From assembly GCA_043228905.1 (NCBI GenBank), contig JBHGNT010000003.1:11284001-11348000 (forward strand): a stretch of DNA of 64,000 bases, read 5' to 3'. The stretch comes from Azolla caroliniana (taxonomy: Eukaryota; Plantae; Polypodiophyta). A program made the translations under genes and the position numbers. Each line of letters opens with the position of its first letter. Within the stretch, counting starts at the first letter, position 1. The notes beneath the pieces were generated by a model. It searched no databases, was not told the DNA's origin, and worked only from the letters and a program-made list of their open reading frames with translations. This document shows, piece by piece, positions 25,532 through 38,900 of this stretch.

Positions 25532-26624
25532 CTCCATTGCTGCCATTCTACACTCAGTTGCCGCCATTGTTCGGTCCTGGATTGCAATAATTGTCCGTTC
25601 GTTGATTATCTTGTGTATTGCGAAATAATTTTATGTATTGTTGTTGTCCATAGTCATCTTAGCTCATTCCCGACAGTGGTTGAATTGCTTTCACTCCGCT
25701 GCAACAAACAGAAACTTACTAATGGTGGGATCACTCCTATTAATAACCAGTTTGCATGTGGTTTAATAACTAGCTACGTGTCTTTTTTATGTAGAAATTT
25801 ACTAATGAATATGTCAAGCCAAATGGAATGGGAAGGAGGGTGTACCAATACCACTCATGGATCATCCGGATAGAGATGACGTTATCAGGACACAACAAGC
25901 GATACGAAAGTATTGGGCAGAAAAAAGAAGGAAACATCATCAATTGTTGAAGGATACAAAAGTCACATTCACTAAAGGTAAGGATAGCATTGGTTGGGAT
26001 ATAGGTCTGAATACCACTGAGAATGAAAGTAAGGAGACTAATATCATAGAGAGAAACATTGTAGACTATTTCAATGTTTAGACCAAGCACATCACCCTTG
26101 AAGACAAGAAGGTAGTATTTTATGGAATATTAAATGATCCATCGATAAAGGAATTAGTTAATTTTGATGGTCTTAATGCAAACATAACATCTGTACTAGT
26201 AAATAATATCCGTAATAGTTTTGTATCCATGAGCAGGTCAGGAGATGACATTGTCTTAAAAAGCTCTAGTCTAATGATGTTACTTAATAGTGATGTTGAC
26301 AATCTTAACATTAGTGTGCTATCTAAGGTAATTGGTGTTAGTAGAAAATTTGTGTACAATACAATGAACCGAATAATTTCCAGTGGTGAAGGAACTAGTC
26401 TGCTAAAGCTAACAACAAAATGTAAGCCAATGACACACATAACATTAGAAATCAAGGATATAATCACCATATTTTGGACTAATGAGAGTAGGGTTCCACC
26501 CAATAAGAAGGATTTATATAGGGAACGTGTTGGAAGGAGTCAATACGAGGAGCATCCCATTCATCTTCTTGATGTACCTCAGGTATTTACATTTATCTCA
26601 ATTTTTGTTTTGATATTTAAACTT

Positions 26625-27075
26625 AGTTAGTAAGCTAATTAGCTATCTAAGAATATGATCATAGTTAACTAGCTATTGGTAATAGCTAAATAGTGATTGA
26701 CAATACCTAACTTAGCTATTATCAGCTAATTAGCTACCGCAATAGATAATTAGCTATCTGAGAATATGAGCATAGCTAACTAGCTATTGCCAATAGCTAA
26801 ATAGCTATTGCCAATACTAAACTTAGCTATTATCAACTAATTCGCTATCGCAATAGCTAATTAGCTACCTCAGAAGATGACCATAGCTAACATTAGCTAA
26901 TTAGCTATTGACATTAGCTAATTAGCTACTCACAATAGCTTTTCAATAGCTAATTAGCTACTGTCAATAGCTAATTAGCTACTTGCAATACCTAGTTAGC
27001 TATGTCAATAGCTAATTAGCTACTATGAGAGTATGATCATAGCTAATCAGGTACCACACTAAATCTAACTAGCTA
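26625..27075. repeat. Intronic array of palindromic AGCTAATTAGCT/TAGCTA units
   Basis: Many closely spaced tagcta/agctaattagct motifs. Confidence 0.8.
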
Positions 27076-27654
27076 CATTAGGGCGCATTTTTGCCACTCA
27101 CTAGACTCCCTTTTTATTACGCAGATTGATTGATTTATTAGGTTTAGGCGAATGCATCCAAATATCAAAGTTCAACTACGAACATTCGAGTCTCTTAATC
27201 CACACTTTGTAAGACGCTTAAAGGATCGATACACATGTTGTTGCATTTGTTGAAAAATAGATGCGGAATATAAATCATAATGAACGAACTACGTGATGAA
27301 ATATGAATCACAGAAATCTGCCACAAAGAGAAGATAAACAGATGTACACAGAGATTTACGTGGAAACCCTAAAACGGGGAAAACCACGGTTGAACAGAAC
27401 TTCACTATACAAATAGTGGATATACAATACAGAGATTGTTACAACACTCTCTCACGAGTGCATTAGCCACACAGGGCTCTTCGCGTCTGTTGTTACACAC
27501 ACAGCTATGGCGCGGCTACCACTCACACTCTCTGTCTCTCTCTGTCTCTCTTGTTCTACAACTTTTGTACACTATTTGTCTCTCACCCTCTATCACATAC
27601 TATCTTTTGTTCATCACACAGTTAATGTTTTCCCTAGTTACATATATACCTATG

Positions 27655-30600
27655 TGTTGAGAGACAAGCTCAACATCGGCCGGAACGGCTGAGAAAGCCG
27701 AGGACCGGATCGGTTGGGACCGATTGGTTAGGACGGACCGGTGCGTAAAACGGATGCGTAAAACGGTACGCAAACCGGTGCGTAGGAAGGACGTATCGGT
27801 GCGTAAACCGAAAGGCCGTTAGAAAGATATTCCTCGTAAGGAATAGTTTTGGGAGTAAGAGTTGAGGCTCATTTATGAGCAGTCAAGTACTATCAGTACT
27901 TGTGCCAGCTCGATTGTCAGGGCTTGTATAAAAGTGCTCACTGAGCACATCCTATGTACAGATTGAGCATTATTTTTTGAATTAAGTTCTTGTGTTTACT
28001 CTCTCTCTGTCTCTCCCGTGCGTACTGTGCAAACCTAAGCTTTCCATTAAACTTGTGTTTTCTGTTGTTTAGTTTTTTCTATATTGCTTCTGCATGCCAT
28101 TCTTTTCATGGTATCAGAGCGCGAGGGTTGAGAACCTCTGCAACCGACTTTGCTTGAAGGAAAAACCAACGAAGAAGAACAAGAAAACCAATGGACAGAG
28201 AAATGGCTAGCTCGCTTCCGATTGAGAAGCTTGACAGAAACAACTACGCGTCTTGGTCTTACAAGATGCACCAGTACCTGCTTGGACATGATTACTGGAG
28301 CTATGTCAATGGTGCAAATGGCACAACACCCAATTCGACATACAAAGACTTCCCGGCGTGGGAACAATCGACGAGCAGAGTGTTGTACTGCTTCGCATCT
28401 TGTGTGGGTGAACAGCTATTAAGCTACGTTCGGGATGCAAAAATGCCGAAGGGTGCATTGGAAAATTTGAAGAAGATTTTCGCCGCGAGCACCATAGCGA
28501 GGAAGCTTCAACTCTGACAGGAGTTGAGCAACCTACGACAACGCGATTTGTCGGTGGCTGACTATACCTTGAAGATCAAGGACATATGCGACTCCTTAGC
28601 TTCCATCGATGTGAACATTGAGGAAAGCGAGATGGTCCAGGTTTGTCTCGGGGGTTTGGTGTCAAAGTTCGGTGAGTTCCGAACTACTGTGCGTACCCAG
28701 GAGAATACGCCGTCCTTTTTCAACTTACAGGCGATGCTCTTGGTAGAGGAGAACCACGTGGGTACGTCAACGAGCACGCATACCGACACAAGATGTTGTA
28801 CACGGAGGGAGATAGGCCCCGTGGTCGTGGCGGACGAGGCGAGTCGGTACGCAATGAAAGCGTCCAACGGGATCAAGGAAGAAGGCACCGAAGTGATGCC
28901 GACAGCAATTCCGGACCCTCCGGAAACAGGGGGAGTTGAGGTGACGAGAACCGGCAAGGGAAATCCGTCGCGGAATGCTGGTACTGTGGCAAGAAAGGCC
29001 ACAGGGGGAGCGACTGCTAGAAAAAACGCGCCGAGTCGGAGAGGACCGGGTCCGGATCTGGTTTCGGACATACCGACAAAGGAAACCGACAGCGATTGCA
29101 CTACGCCGAAGGATCCGGAAAAGCCGGAAAAGGGTCAGTCTTCGTGACGAGACACGAAGCAAACTCAATGAAGAAGATCACCCCGAAGTTGGAGGAGATG
29201 TGGTACGTCGACTCCGGCGCGTCAAACCACATGGCGTGCCACGAGGAGTTGTTCTCATACCTTGAGAAACTAACACAACCAGGAGTAGTCACAACTGGAG
29301 ACGACACTCCGCATCCAATTGCGAATGTCGTGTTAGGATACAGTTCCCTCTGGATGGGAAGTGAGAAGAATAGTACTGATGAGCAAACTCGGCTGAGGCC
29401 GATAGGCCAAGGTGAGAACTGGCTGTGGAGTACCCGGCAACGGAAGACCCGGTGAGAACCGGATGTGGAGTACCCGGCAACGGAAGACATCGTGAGAACC
29501 GAATGACGTGTGCCCGGCAAGCGCCGGATGATGCAGGCCTAGTGAGGAGTGCTCACCGGATGAAGGGACATATTCGTAAATATGTTTCTGAGAGTCCATC
29601 GGGGCTATATTTGTAAATAGCCGAAAAGTCATATTAGTATAAATATGACTTAGGGCAAACTTAGTATATGTGTTGTCATTCCTGTTGGCGCAAGATTAGA
29701 GCGCAATAGTGTACAGAGAGAGAGAGAGAGAAAGAGACGAACAATTCATGTCTCTATTGTAACCGCCGCCTGTGGCAAAGACAGTGAACAAGAGGTCGTT
29801 GCCTCTATGTTCATCTATTGTACATTGTTACATAGTGATAGTTAGCAGTCAGTGGATTGCCGTGGTTTTCACTGTGTTTGGGTTTTCCACGTAAACATCC
29901 TGTGTACTCCTCTCTCCATTGTGTCATGCATTCATTCCCCATTTTCTGTGTCTGATTCTAAGCTCGGTTGTGGCCGAGCGTTGTTCATTCATAGGAGCGT
30001 GTAGTTCCTGTCAAACTGGTATCAGAGCGAGGCACTGCGTGTTTGTGAAGAAGTTCGAATGAGGTGACTTCCTGATACTCCTTCTGTACGTGGATGACAT
30101 TTTGATCGTCGGACGAGACCAAGCCAGAATATGGATGTTGAAGAAGGCTCTCAACCGAACCTTCGCAATGAAACACTTGGGTCCGGCAAGACAGATGTTG
30201 GGGATGCATATCATCCGGAACCTGCCAACGAAGCAGTTGTGGCTGTCACAAGAGAAGTACGTGACAAAGGTGCTTCAGCGGTTCAAGATGTTAGAAGCGA
30301 AACCAGTCGGATCGACACTCCCGGTAAACTGCAGATTATCGGGTAAGCAAAGCCCGAAGACGAAAGCAAAGAAGGCTGATATGATGAAGGTTCCATATGC
30401 CTCTGTCGTCGGGAGCTTAATGTACGCAATGGTGTGTACCCGACCAGATATAGGATACGCAGTCGGAGTGGTGAGCCGGTTTATGAGCAATCCCGGCAAG
30501 GAGCACTAGAACGCGGTCAAATGGATACTCCAGTACTTGAAGGGCACTTCAAATATGTGTCTCCGGTTCGGCTCCGGTAAACCTCAACTTCACAGTTTTA

Positions 30601-31471
30601 CCGATTCAGACATGTCGGTTGATGTGAATTCCAACCGGTCTACATCCGGGTATGTAATGACATATGCAGGGGGAGCTGTTTTGTGGCAATCGAGGCTGCA
30701 GAAGACGGTTGCGTTGTCAACCACGGAGGCGGAGTACATGGCGGCTGTGGAAGCCGGCAAGGAAATATTATGGATGAAGGACTTCATCGGAGAGCTCGGT
30801 ATCCGGCAAGATGAATACCGGCTCTATTGCGACAGTCAAAGTGCCATCCACCTTGCTAAGATTGCGGCCTACCATTCCCGGACGAAGCATATCCAGCGAA
30901 GGTATCACTGGATCCGGGAAAGAGTAGATGACCAGGAGTTCGCGCTGACGAAGATCCACACGGCCGAGAACGGGTCAGATATGCGGACCAAAGTACTGAT
31001 ACCCGACAAGATGGATGCATGTCGAAAGCGGATCAGACTAGTAAGACATCCCATGCCGGAGTGAAGGGGGAGTTTGTTAGGATACAGGTCCGTCCAGATG
31101 GGAAGTGAGAAGAACAGTACTTATGAGCAAACTCGGCCGAGGTGAGAACCGGATGTGGAGTACCCGACAGCGGAAGACCCGGTGAGAACCGGATGACAAG
31201 TACCCGGCAAGAGCCGATGGTGAAGACCCGGTGAGAACCAGATGTGGAGTACCTGGCAACGGAAGACCTGGTGAGTACCGGATGACGTGTGCCCGGCAAG
31301 CGCCGGATGATGCAGGCCCGGTGAAGAGTGCTCACCTAATGAAGGGACATATTCGTAAATATGTTTTTGAGAGTCCATCGGGGCTATATTAGTGTAAATA
31401 TGACTTAGAGCAAACTTAGTATATGTGTTGTCATTCCTGTTGGTGCAAGATTAGAGCACAACAGTGTACAA

Positions 31472-31502
<31 letters not shown>

Positions 31503-34500
31503 CGAAGAGTTCGTATCTCTGTTGTAACCGCCGCCTGTGGCGAAGACAGTGAACAAGAGGTCGTTGCCTCTGTGTTCATCTATTGTACATTGTTACATAG
31601 TGATAGTTAGCAGTCAGTGGGCTGGCGTGGTTTTTCCCGTGTTTTGGTTTTCCATGTAAACATCCTGTGTACTCCTCTCTCCATTGTGTCGTGCATTCAT
31701 TCCCCATTTTCTGTGTTTGATTCTAAGCTCGGTTGTGGCCGAGCGTTGTTCATAGGAGCGTGTAGTTCCTGTCATGTCGGTGAAGTTCCCTTGACCCATG
31801 TCGGGCAGAAAGGGAAACTTATGAACGTGTCACACGTCCCGACCATCACGAAGAATCTGGTGTCGGTCGGGCAGATCGTCGACTAGGGGATGCAGGTTCG
31901 GTTTACACACCTCGGGTGTTCCATTGAGGAAGAAGTCCCTATTATTGTGCAAGGGCCTAGAGATGGGAGGATGTTCATCCTCGACTCTATTGACAATGGC
32001 ACCGCAATGTTCGCTAAGCGACAAAAAGTCAAGTCGGACATCGACTTATGGCACAAGCAGATAGGCCACGTCAACTACCAGCGGTTTCAAGAGCTGCAAT
32101 CAAAACAAGTGGTGTTCAGATTGCCCAAATTTAGTGGTCGGAAGGCACAAATTTGTGAAGCTTGCGAGCTTGGGAAGCAACACCGACTTCCCTTCCCCAA
32201 CGAGCGTAACTGGAGCCGGAACAAGCTCGACGTGATACACTCCGATGTGTGGGGGCGGCACAAAACGTTAGTCTTGGCGGGAGCCGATATTTCGTCTCCT
32301 TCATCAACTACTACACGCGACACAGATGGATCTACCTCATCAAGAGGAAGAGCGAAGTCTTCGACTGTTTCTGGGACCTCAAAGGGTTCGTGGAAACGGA
32401 AACAAGAAGATAGATCAAGTGCCTGCGGTCGGATGGCAAAAAAGAATACTTTTCCGGTCAATTCAACAGTTATCTACAACAGATTGGAATTCGGCGCGAA
32501 TTCAGTTGATGATACACGCCAGAGCAAAACGGCGTGGCCGAGAGGAAAAATCGGTCGGTTGTGGAAGCGGCACGGGCAATGCTGGAAGAGAAGAGCTTGC
32601 CCAAGTTCTACTGGGCCGAGGCGGTAAGGACTGCGGTATACATCCAGAATCGGATGGGAGATAAAGTGTCGGCGCACAAGCTATATTTCGGAACGAAGCC
32701 CAAATTGCAACACTTACGAGTTTTCGGTAGCATTGCGTATGTGCATGTGCCGAAGGAGAAAAGGAGGAAGTTGGACGCGAAAGCTGAGAAGTGTATCTTG
32801 GTCGGCTATTCGGACGAGCAGAAGGGTTATAAGTGCTATAACCCGCATACAACAAGCGCGCGTGAGCCGTGACGTTGTGTTTGATGAGTCTGCGTCTTGG
32901 TACTTGCCCCCGACTCCGGACCTCACCTCCAATCCGGGTTCTAACGATGAGGTCAGCGAAACTGAGATGCCTCCGGATGAGCCTGAAATCGGGACCCGCA
33001 AAGAGAGTCCGATTTCATTTCGGTTAAGTGGACCAAATGGACGACTGAGTCGTTTTGACCAGTCCGATGAAGAGCCGGCGAGTAGTGGAGACTCGGTCGT
33101 ACATTCCCCTCACAGGAAGCCGAGGAGACGGCTTATGCACAAAGAGAAAGGTAAGAAAAAGGTGTCGGATTTCGGCACGGATAGAAACGAGTCTGACCGA
33201 CGCGAGTCTGACTCCGAGGAAAGCGGTGACGGGTCTTCAAGATCGAAGTCCGCGTCGGCCGAGAACACCTCGACATCGGCTAAAGACCGATTACGCCGAT
33301 CTACCCGCCAGAAGAACCCAGTTGTGCGGTTCGGATACAACGAGTACATGGCGCATCATTATGCATACATGACCCGTGTAGCGGAAGTGCGTGAGCCGGA
33401 GAGCTACGTAGAAGCATCTAAGGACGCGAACTGGTGTGCTGCGATGAAGGAAGAGATGCACGCATTGGCAGAAAACGAGACCTGGGACCTGGTTGATGCA
33501 TGAAAGGGTGTGAAGTCGATCGGATGAAGGTGGGTGTACAAGGTCAAGTACAACACCGACGGCTCGGTCAACCGATAAAAGGCCCGGTTAGTAGCAAAAG
33601 GCTACGTGAAGATGACGATCGTCCGTGTTTTGCTCGCGGTAGCTACGACAAAGGGGTGGCACTTAGATAAGATGGATGTAAAGAATGCGTTCCGGCAAGG
33701 TGAGATTGAGGAACAGGTGTACATGGTACAACCCCCCGGATTTCACTCCGGAATGAACACCTCGGTGGTGTGCCGATTGAAGAAGTCCCTTTACGAATTG
33801 AAGCAAGCCCCGTGTGCCTGGAACGCGAAGATCACGCAGCAACTGCGTCGGATGGGCTTTGCAACGTCAAAATCGGACTCTTCCCTGTTCATCCGGAAAG
33901 GTCGACTCGGGCTGGTTAGTATTTTACTATATGTTGATGACTTGGTCATCACCGACGCCGACCTAGGTGAAATCGACCGCGTGAAGCTCTAGCTTGCGGC
34001 ATCATTCGACATGAAGGATCTGGGGGACCTTCATTACTTCCTTGGGATCGAAGTGGTCCACACCCTCGAAGGCATACTAATCAGCCAAAGTCATTCCGCG
34101 CTGAATATACTCTTCAAATTCGGGATGGCAGACTATAAGTCCATCTCGACTCCTCTTGATAGAACCGTCAAGCTTTGCCCCAATTCCGGAAAGGTGTGCG
34201 ACCCGACGAGGTTCCGACAAATTGTCGGAAGCCTTATTTACTTGACAATCACCCGACCCGATCTCAGTTATCCGGTCAGGGTGATCAGTCAGTTTATGGC
34301 GCGACCTACCGAGGAGCACCTTTGAATGTGCGCAACGCGTACTGCGGTACGTAAGCGGCACTAAGGACCGGGGACTGCTATTTCAGACCGGTCTAGCCCC
34401 GTAGTTGGTTGGCTGCACCAATGTTGATTGGGCTGGCAACGCCGCCAATCATCGATCCACGTCCGGATATGCATTCTCTCTTGGGAGTGCCGCGATAGCG

Positions 34501-35856
34501 TGGAGTAGCAAGAAACAGCCGACAATTGCACTGTCGAGCACCGAAGCGGAGTATAGAGGAGCGTCTGTCGTGACATGCGAAGCCATATGGTTGAAGCGGC
34601 TACTTAAGGATCTATAGGTGGAGGTGTCCGATCCGACGACAATCTATTGCGACAACTCTACAGCATCCAGCTCGCGAAGAACCCCGTCTTCCACGCACGG
34701 ACCAAGCACATTGAGGTGCACTACCATTTGGTCTGTGAGCGTGTCCTTTCTGGTGAAGTCGAACTTCAGTATGTTCCGACGGATAGGCAGACCGCCGACA
34801 TCTTCACCAAGCCTCTTGGTCTGGACAAGTTGTGGCAATTCTCGGGTGCGCTTGGGTTGCGTCACCTCGATGTGCCGAACTTGAGGGGGAGAGACGTCCC
34901 AGATGACCATAGAAAGGAGCAGGAAAGGAGCGGAAAAGACCGTAGCGCCAAGTCGGATGACGAATTCGATTTCGGATCGGCTGAAGAAGCCGAGGGCGGA
35001 TCCGCGGAAGAGTCCGAAAGCAGATATAAGGGGAGAAGCCGGAAGAAAGAGCCAAAGCCAACCAAGCAAGGAGGAGATGATGCCGTCAAGGGAGAGAAGA
35101 CCGAAGACGAGTTGGAGACATCCAACTCGAACGAGAGCAAAAACTGATCGGAGGTAGCCGAGTCGGTTCGAGTGTTTGATTCGGATACACTGAATCAACT
35201 GAGGGCCAAGCGGAAAAGAAGGCAGCAGGAGAAGCGCCAACACTGCGACAACAAGGTAGTTGTGAAGGGCCGTACCGACCGGAAGGGTCGAAACGCATGG
35301 AGTTTAAAAGGCCAAGGAGCGCGAGCGAGGCGTGGAGCTAGGAGAAACCGGAGTGGTGATCCAGAAGATCCCGAAGAGCCTCAAGTTGAGCTTGAGGGGG
35401 AGTGTTGAGAGACAAGCTCAACATCGGCCTGATCGGCTGAGCAAGCCGAGGACCAGATCGGTTGGGACCGATCGGTTAGGCCGGACCAATGCATAAAACA
35501 GATGCGTAAACTGGTACGCAAACCGGTGCGTAGGAAGGACGTATCAGTGTGTAAACTGAAAGGCCGTTAGAAAGATATTCCTCGTAAGGAATAGTTTTGG
35601 GAGTAAGAGTTGAGGCTCATTTATGAGCAGTCAAGTACTGTCAGTACTTGTGCCAGCCCGATTGTTAGGGCTTGTATAAAAGTGCTCACTGAGCACATCC
35701 TATGTACAGATTGAGCATTATTTTTTGAATTAAGTTCTTGTGTTTACTCTCTCTTTGTCTCTCTCATGCGTATTGTGCAAACCTAAGCTTTCCATTAAAC
35801 CTGCATTTTCTGTTGTTCGATTTTTTCTATATTGCTTCCGCACGCCATTGTTTTCA
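27655..35856 (+). mobile_element. Full-length decayed Ty1/copia element (family D; LTRs 27655-28108 and 35403-35856)
   Basis: PBS TGGTATCAGAGC 28109-28120; gag; protease WYVDSGASNHM; integrase; RT LYVDD; RNase H; PPT GAGGGGGAG; TSD CTATG/CTACG. Confidence 0.93.
29331..31774 (+). mobile_element. Internally deleted Ty1/copia (family C; LTRs 29331-30013 and 31075-31774)
   Basis: TSD TGTCG; PBS-Met 30017-30028 joined directly to mid-RT (HCVFVKKF..LYVDD); RNase H; PPT GAAGGGGGAG. Confidence 0.92.
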
Positions 35857-37494
35857 CTACGCAACTTTTCTGGCTATTTACATACGTAGCCCTCATGGGG
35901 CGCACACATAAACTATTTACAAATATAGTCTCACGAGTTGGCTATTTACGCGATTCCGGTTTCCTATTTTCCGACTCTTCGACTGTCGGCTTTCCAAACA
36001 GTCGGATCATCCTCCCACTGGAGGGACATATCCCCAATAGCATTCACTATGTACAAATGGGTTTTCTCAAGGACTCTGATAATCTACTACGTCACCATAG
36101 CTCCTCCCTAGAGGATGCAGTTTGCACTTGTGAGTGCCTAATTTGTCGATCTAGCTTGCAAGAGCATTGTAAATCTTCAGAGCATGTTATCTCTTCCATG
36201 TGTGGTCTTTTAGATTCAATATTGTGTCTAAGAGAATATGAGGCTATCTTCCACATTCATAAATATGTCATGGGTTTATGTCAAGATTGTGGCCCTAGTA
36301 GATTTAGCTGGTGTCCAAAAGAGTTGAGTTGTGAAATTTTAATTTCTGTCAAGTTATTTGAGTTTGTGGACACCAATTTCGAAGGAAAGGTATGTAAAAG
36401 AAACGATCTAGTTAGGAAGTTATATTGGCAATGGTTATTAAGTCAACGTTTGGAGCTTACTCAACATTGGGTCTGGTCTGATGGAGCTGCGTCACAATTC
36501 AAGGCTAGACGTCCTTTTTATATTTTTGGCAGGTATCCTTCTGCAACAGGTTTGGAGATGAGATGGATTTTCTTTGGGTCTGGCCATGGTAAAGGTGAAC
36601 ATGATGGAGCAGGTGCAGTTATAAAGCGGGCACTTACGCATGAACAACTAAAGGCAAATGGTGTGCATATGAATTGTGCAACACATGTAGTCGAATTTTT
36701 AAGAGCTAATATGTCCACGAGTGCAACTAGTGTTTATTCCTCGCAGGTCCAAGATATCAAACGTGAATTTTGGGAAGTGAAGATAGATGAAGTAAATAGG
36801 GAGAAGACCTAGGAATGCCAAGGAATCCCCGAATTGTGATCTCTACATGTTGTTCAGGGTTTTTCTAGGTTGGATGGTCATTGTATTGTGGTTAGAGAAT
36901 TAACTTGTTTTTGCTTCCATTGTGTGCAGGGAAATTGGAGGTATTGTTTAAACAAAGCATATATTCAAAATTGGGAGTACCATACATTGAATGATAAGGA
37001 CCGAGTGGATGGAGAAACAAAAAACAATGTTGACTTCACATATCAGGGTCGTGGAGATACTCTAAGTGATGTCATAAACGTTGGGCAAAATTTCGCTGTA
37101 AATGCAGAAGAGACAATTTAGAGGGTGTGGATTTCTATATATTGAAGTGCAAGGTTTGTAAACAATGTGCAATGTAGAATATTGTAGATGCTTGGGGAAA
37201 TTTTGTATCTGCAAGGACATTCTACATCAAAGGTATTTTTTATGCAAGACTAGATTATTAGGATTATGTTCATAGGCTTTTACAAGACAAACCAGTAGCG
37301 TACATGTACTCTCATTTGGTCAGGTGCATCAACGTCCTAATGTCGCAATACAATAGCTGCTCAGGTTTATGCATAGCTAGTGCTAATGTGTATGAATGTG
37401 TTTACAATAGTATGTCATGGAATTTGTAGCTACAAGGAGATCATACCAGTTTTCTTGTAAAGTGGACAAAGTAGTTGTATTGCAAAAAAACAGT

Positions 37495-37770
37495 TTAATA
37501 AAATCATTTGGGAGACTGTCTTCTTTCTAATATATTGTTTTCTTTTTGTTCTTGTTTGTTAATAAAATCATTTGGGAGTCTTCTTTTTTATATACAATCT
37601 TCTTTCTATTCTTCTTTCTTAATAAAATCATGTCTATTTAATAAAAAGTAGTTTAATAAAATTGTGTGTCTTTTTTATATACAGTCTTCTTTGTGTTCTT
37701 CTATCTTAAAGAAAAGTTTAATAAAATCGTTTGGGAGTCTTCTTTCTATTCTTGTTTCTTAATAAAATCG
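37495..37770. repeat. AT-rich degenerate repeats containing AATAAAATC between two convergent genes
   Basis: Several aataaaat copies separated by tcttc-rich spacers. Confidence 0.55.
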
Positions 37771-38052
37771 GCTCTGTTAAATGTGTATTGATTGTCAGTT
37801 TTACTTATTGCAACTTTCGGTTTTAGTGTGTTCAATGTGCATAATGATGATTATACTTCTAGACTAAAATTTGGCAATGATTTTTTTACTCTCAAGTGCA
37901 CCATATACAAGTTCAAACAGTTTGTCATTTTGAGAACAACCAACAACATGAAATCAGAAATCAATTACCTATTTTAAAATTACAGAGTAGATGATTTACT
38001 CAAAACAAGCGATTTAATTCTTCATTGATTAATTTGTCATCAAATTACATAT

Positions 38053-38900
38053 TTATAATACACCATTGCCAATGTCTACAAAGCTCCTATAAATAGCTAA
38101 GCTCTTGTTGGTTAGTGGAACTTCTTTACATATGTGATCTGCATACCGAGCTCGGTATGGTGTCGACAACCATGCAATTAGTTGGCAGCTCAAAGTTTTC
38201 ACTAAGTAGTTATCAAGCATTTCGTCAGGTACAATGAGACAACATCTGCGAAGGTTGTAGTAATGCCAAAAAAGTTTTGAATCCACAATCAACGTATTTT
38301 CGGCATTATATTTAGGCCAGGTATGGCAAAAATAAAAAAGTCTTTTGAATCTTGCAATATCATGTTGTTCACATCTTTCTCGTGTCGACTGACCCTTGAA
38401 GTGTTGTCGCCACTTTGCGAAGAATCTTTCTACACACTTCCACACATCTAAACGTGGCTTTTCACTACAAATAAACAAATCAAAGTATTGCATAGTCCAC
38501 TGTAGAAATTGATTCGTGTCCCTCCCTGGTGTCATATATCCCACACTCATCAAGACTTTATCAAGCTCCAAGATCAAGGCTTTTCTTTCGTCTTCTAATG
38601 GTTTAGGTTTCCATTCCTACAACTAAGCCTCTATTACACCAAGTATTGGTAGCACACGATCAATTTCAATCAGCTCAGGTTCTGTCGACACAATTGGTGT
38701 CCTTTCCCTCTTTAAAACCCTAGTCGACTGTGTCTTTGGGTCTGACTTCACCTTGTTTTGCTCTTGTGTAGTGATTGGGCCTGGCTTCACACTATTTTGC
38801 TCTTGTATAGTCGATTGTGTCATCGGTCCTAGCATTACCTCTGTGCATGTAGATACTTCTCTGGTTTATATCAGCCCACTAGTATCACATGTTGCATCTA
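38053..38900 (-). pseudogene. 3' exon encoding an FCP1/NIF-like HAD-fold domain with degenerate catalytic motifs
   Basis: KALILELDKVL (cf. DxDxT), QFLQWTMQYFDLFICS, YNAENTLIVDSK (cf. NTLLIDD); one in-frame stop upstream of the domain. Confidence 0.5.

Larger units (their letters stand above)
22820..25600. repeat. Degenerate ~83-88 bp tandem repeat (core CCATTCTACACTCAGTTGCC), split by the chromovirus insertion
   Basis: Core at ~22863, 22950, 23034, 23117 and 25543. Confidence 0.75.
27248..36039 (-). mobile_element. Solo LTR (27248-27654 + 35857-36039) split by copia D
   Basis: TSD GCATT; TGTTG...CAATA termini; tacgtggaaa..cc...gaaaaccac motif shared with family C LTRs. Confidence 0.8.
25857..37430 (+). 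pseudogene. Sola-like DDD transposase pseudogene with intron, split by nested LTR elements
   Basis: GT-AG intron 26583-27124; RLKDRYTCCCI|HYVQM rejoins across TSD GCATT; motifs WSDGAASQFK and FFGSGHGKGEHDGAG; C-terminal CFCFHC; stops present. Confidence 0.6.
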
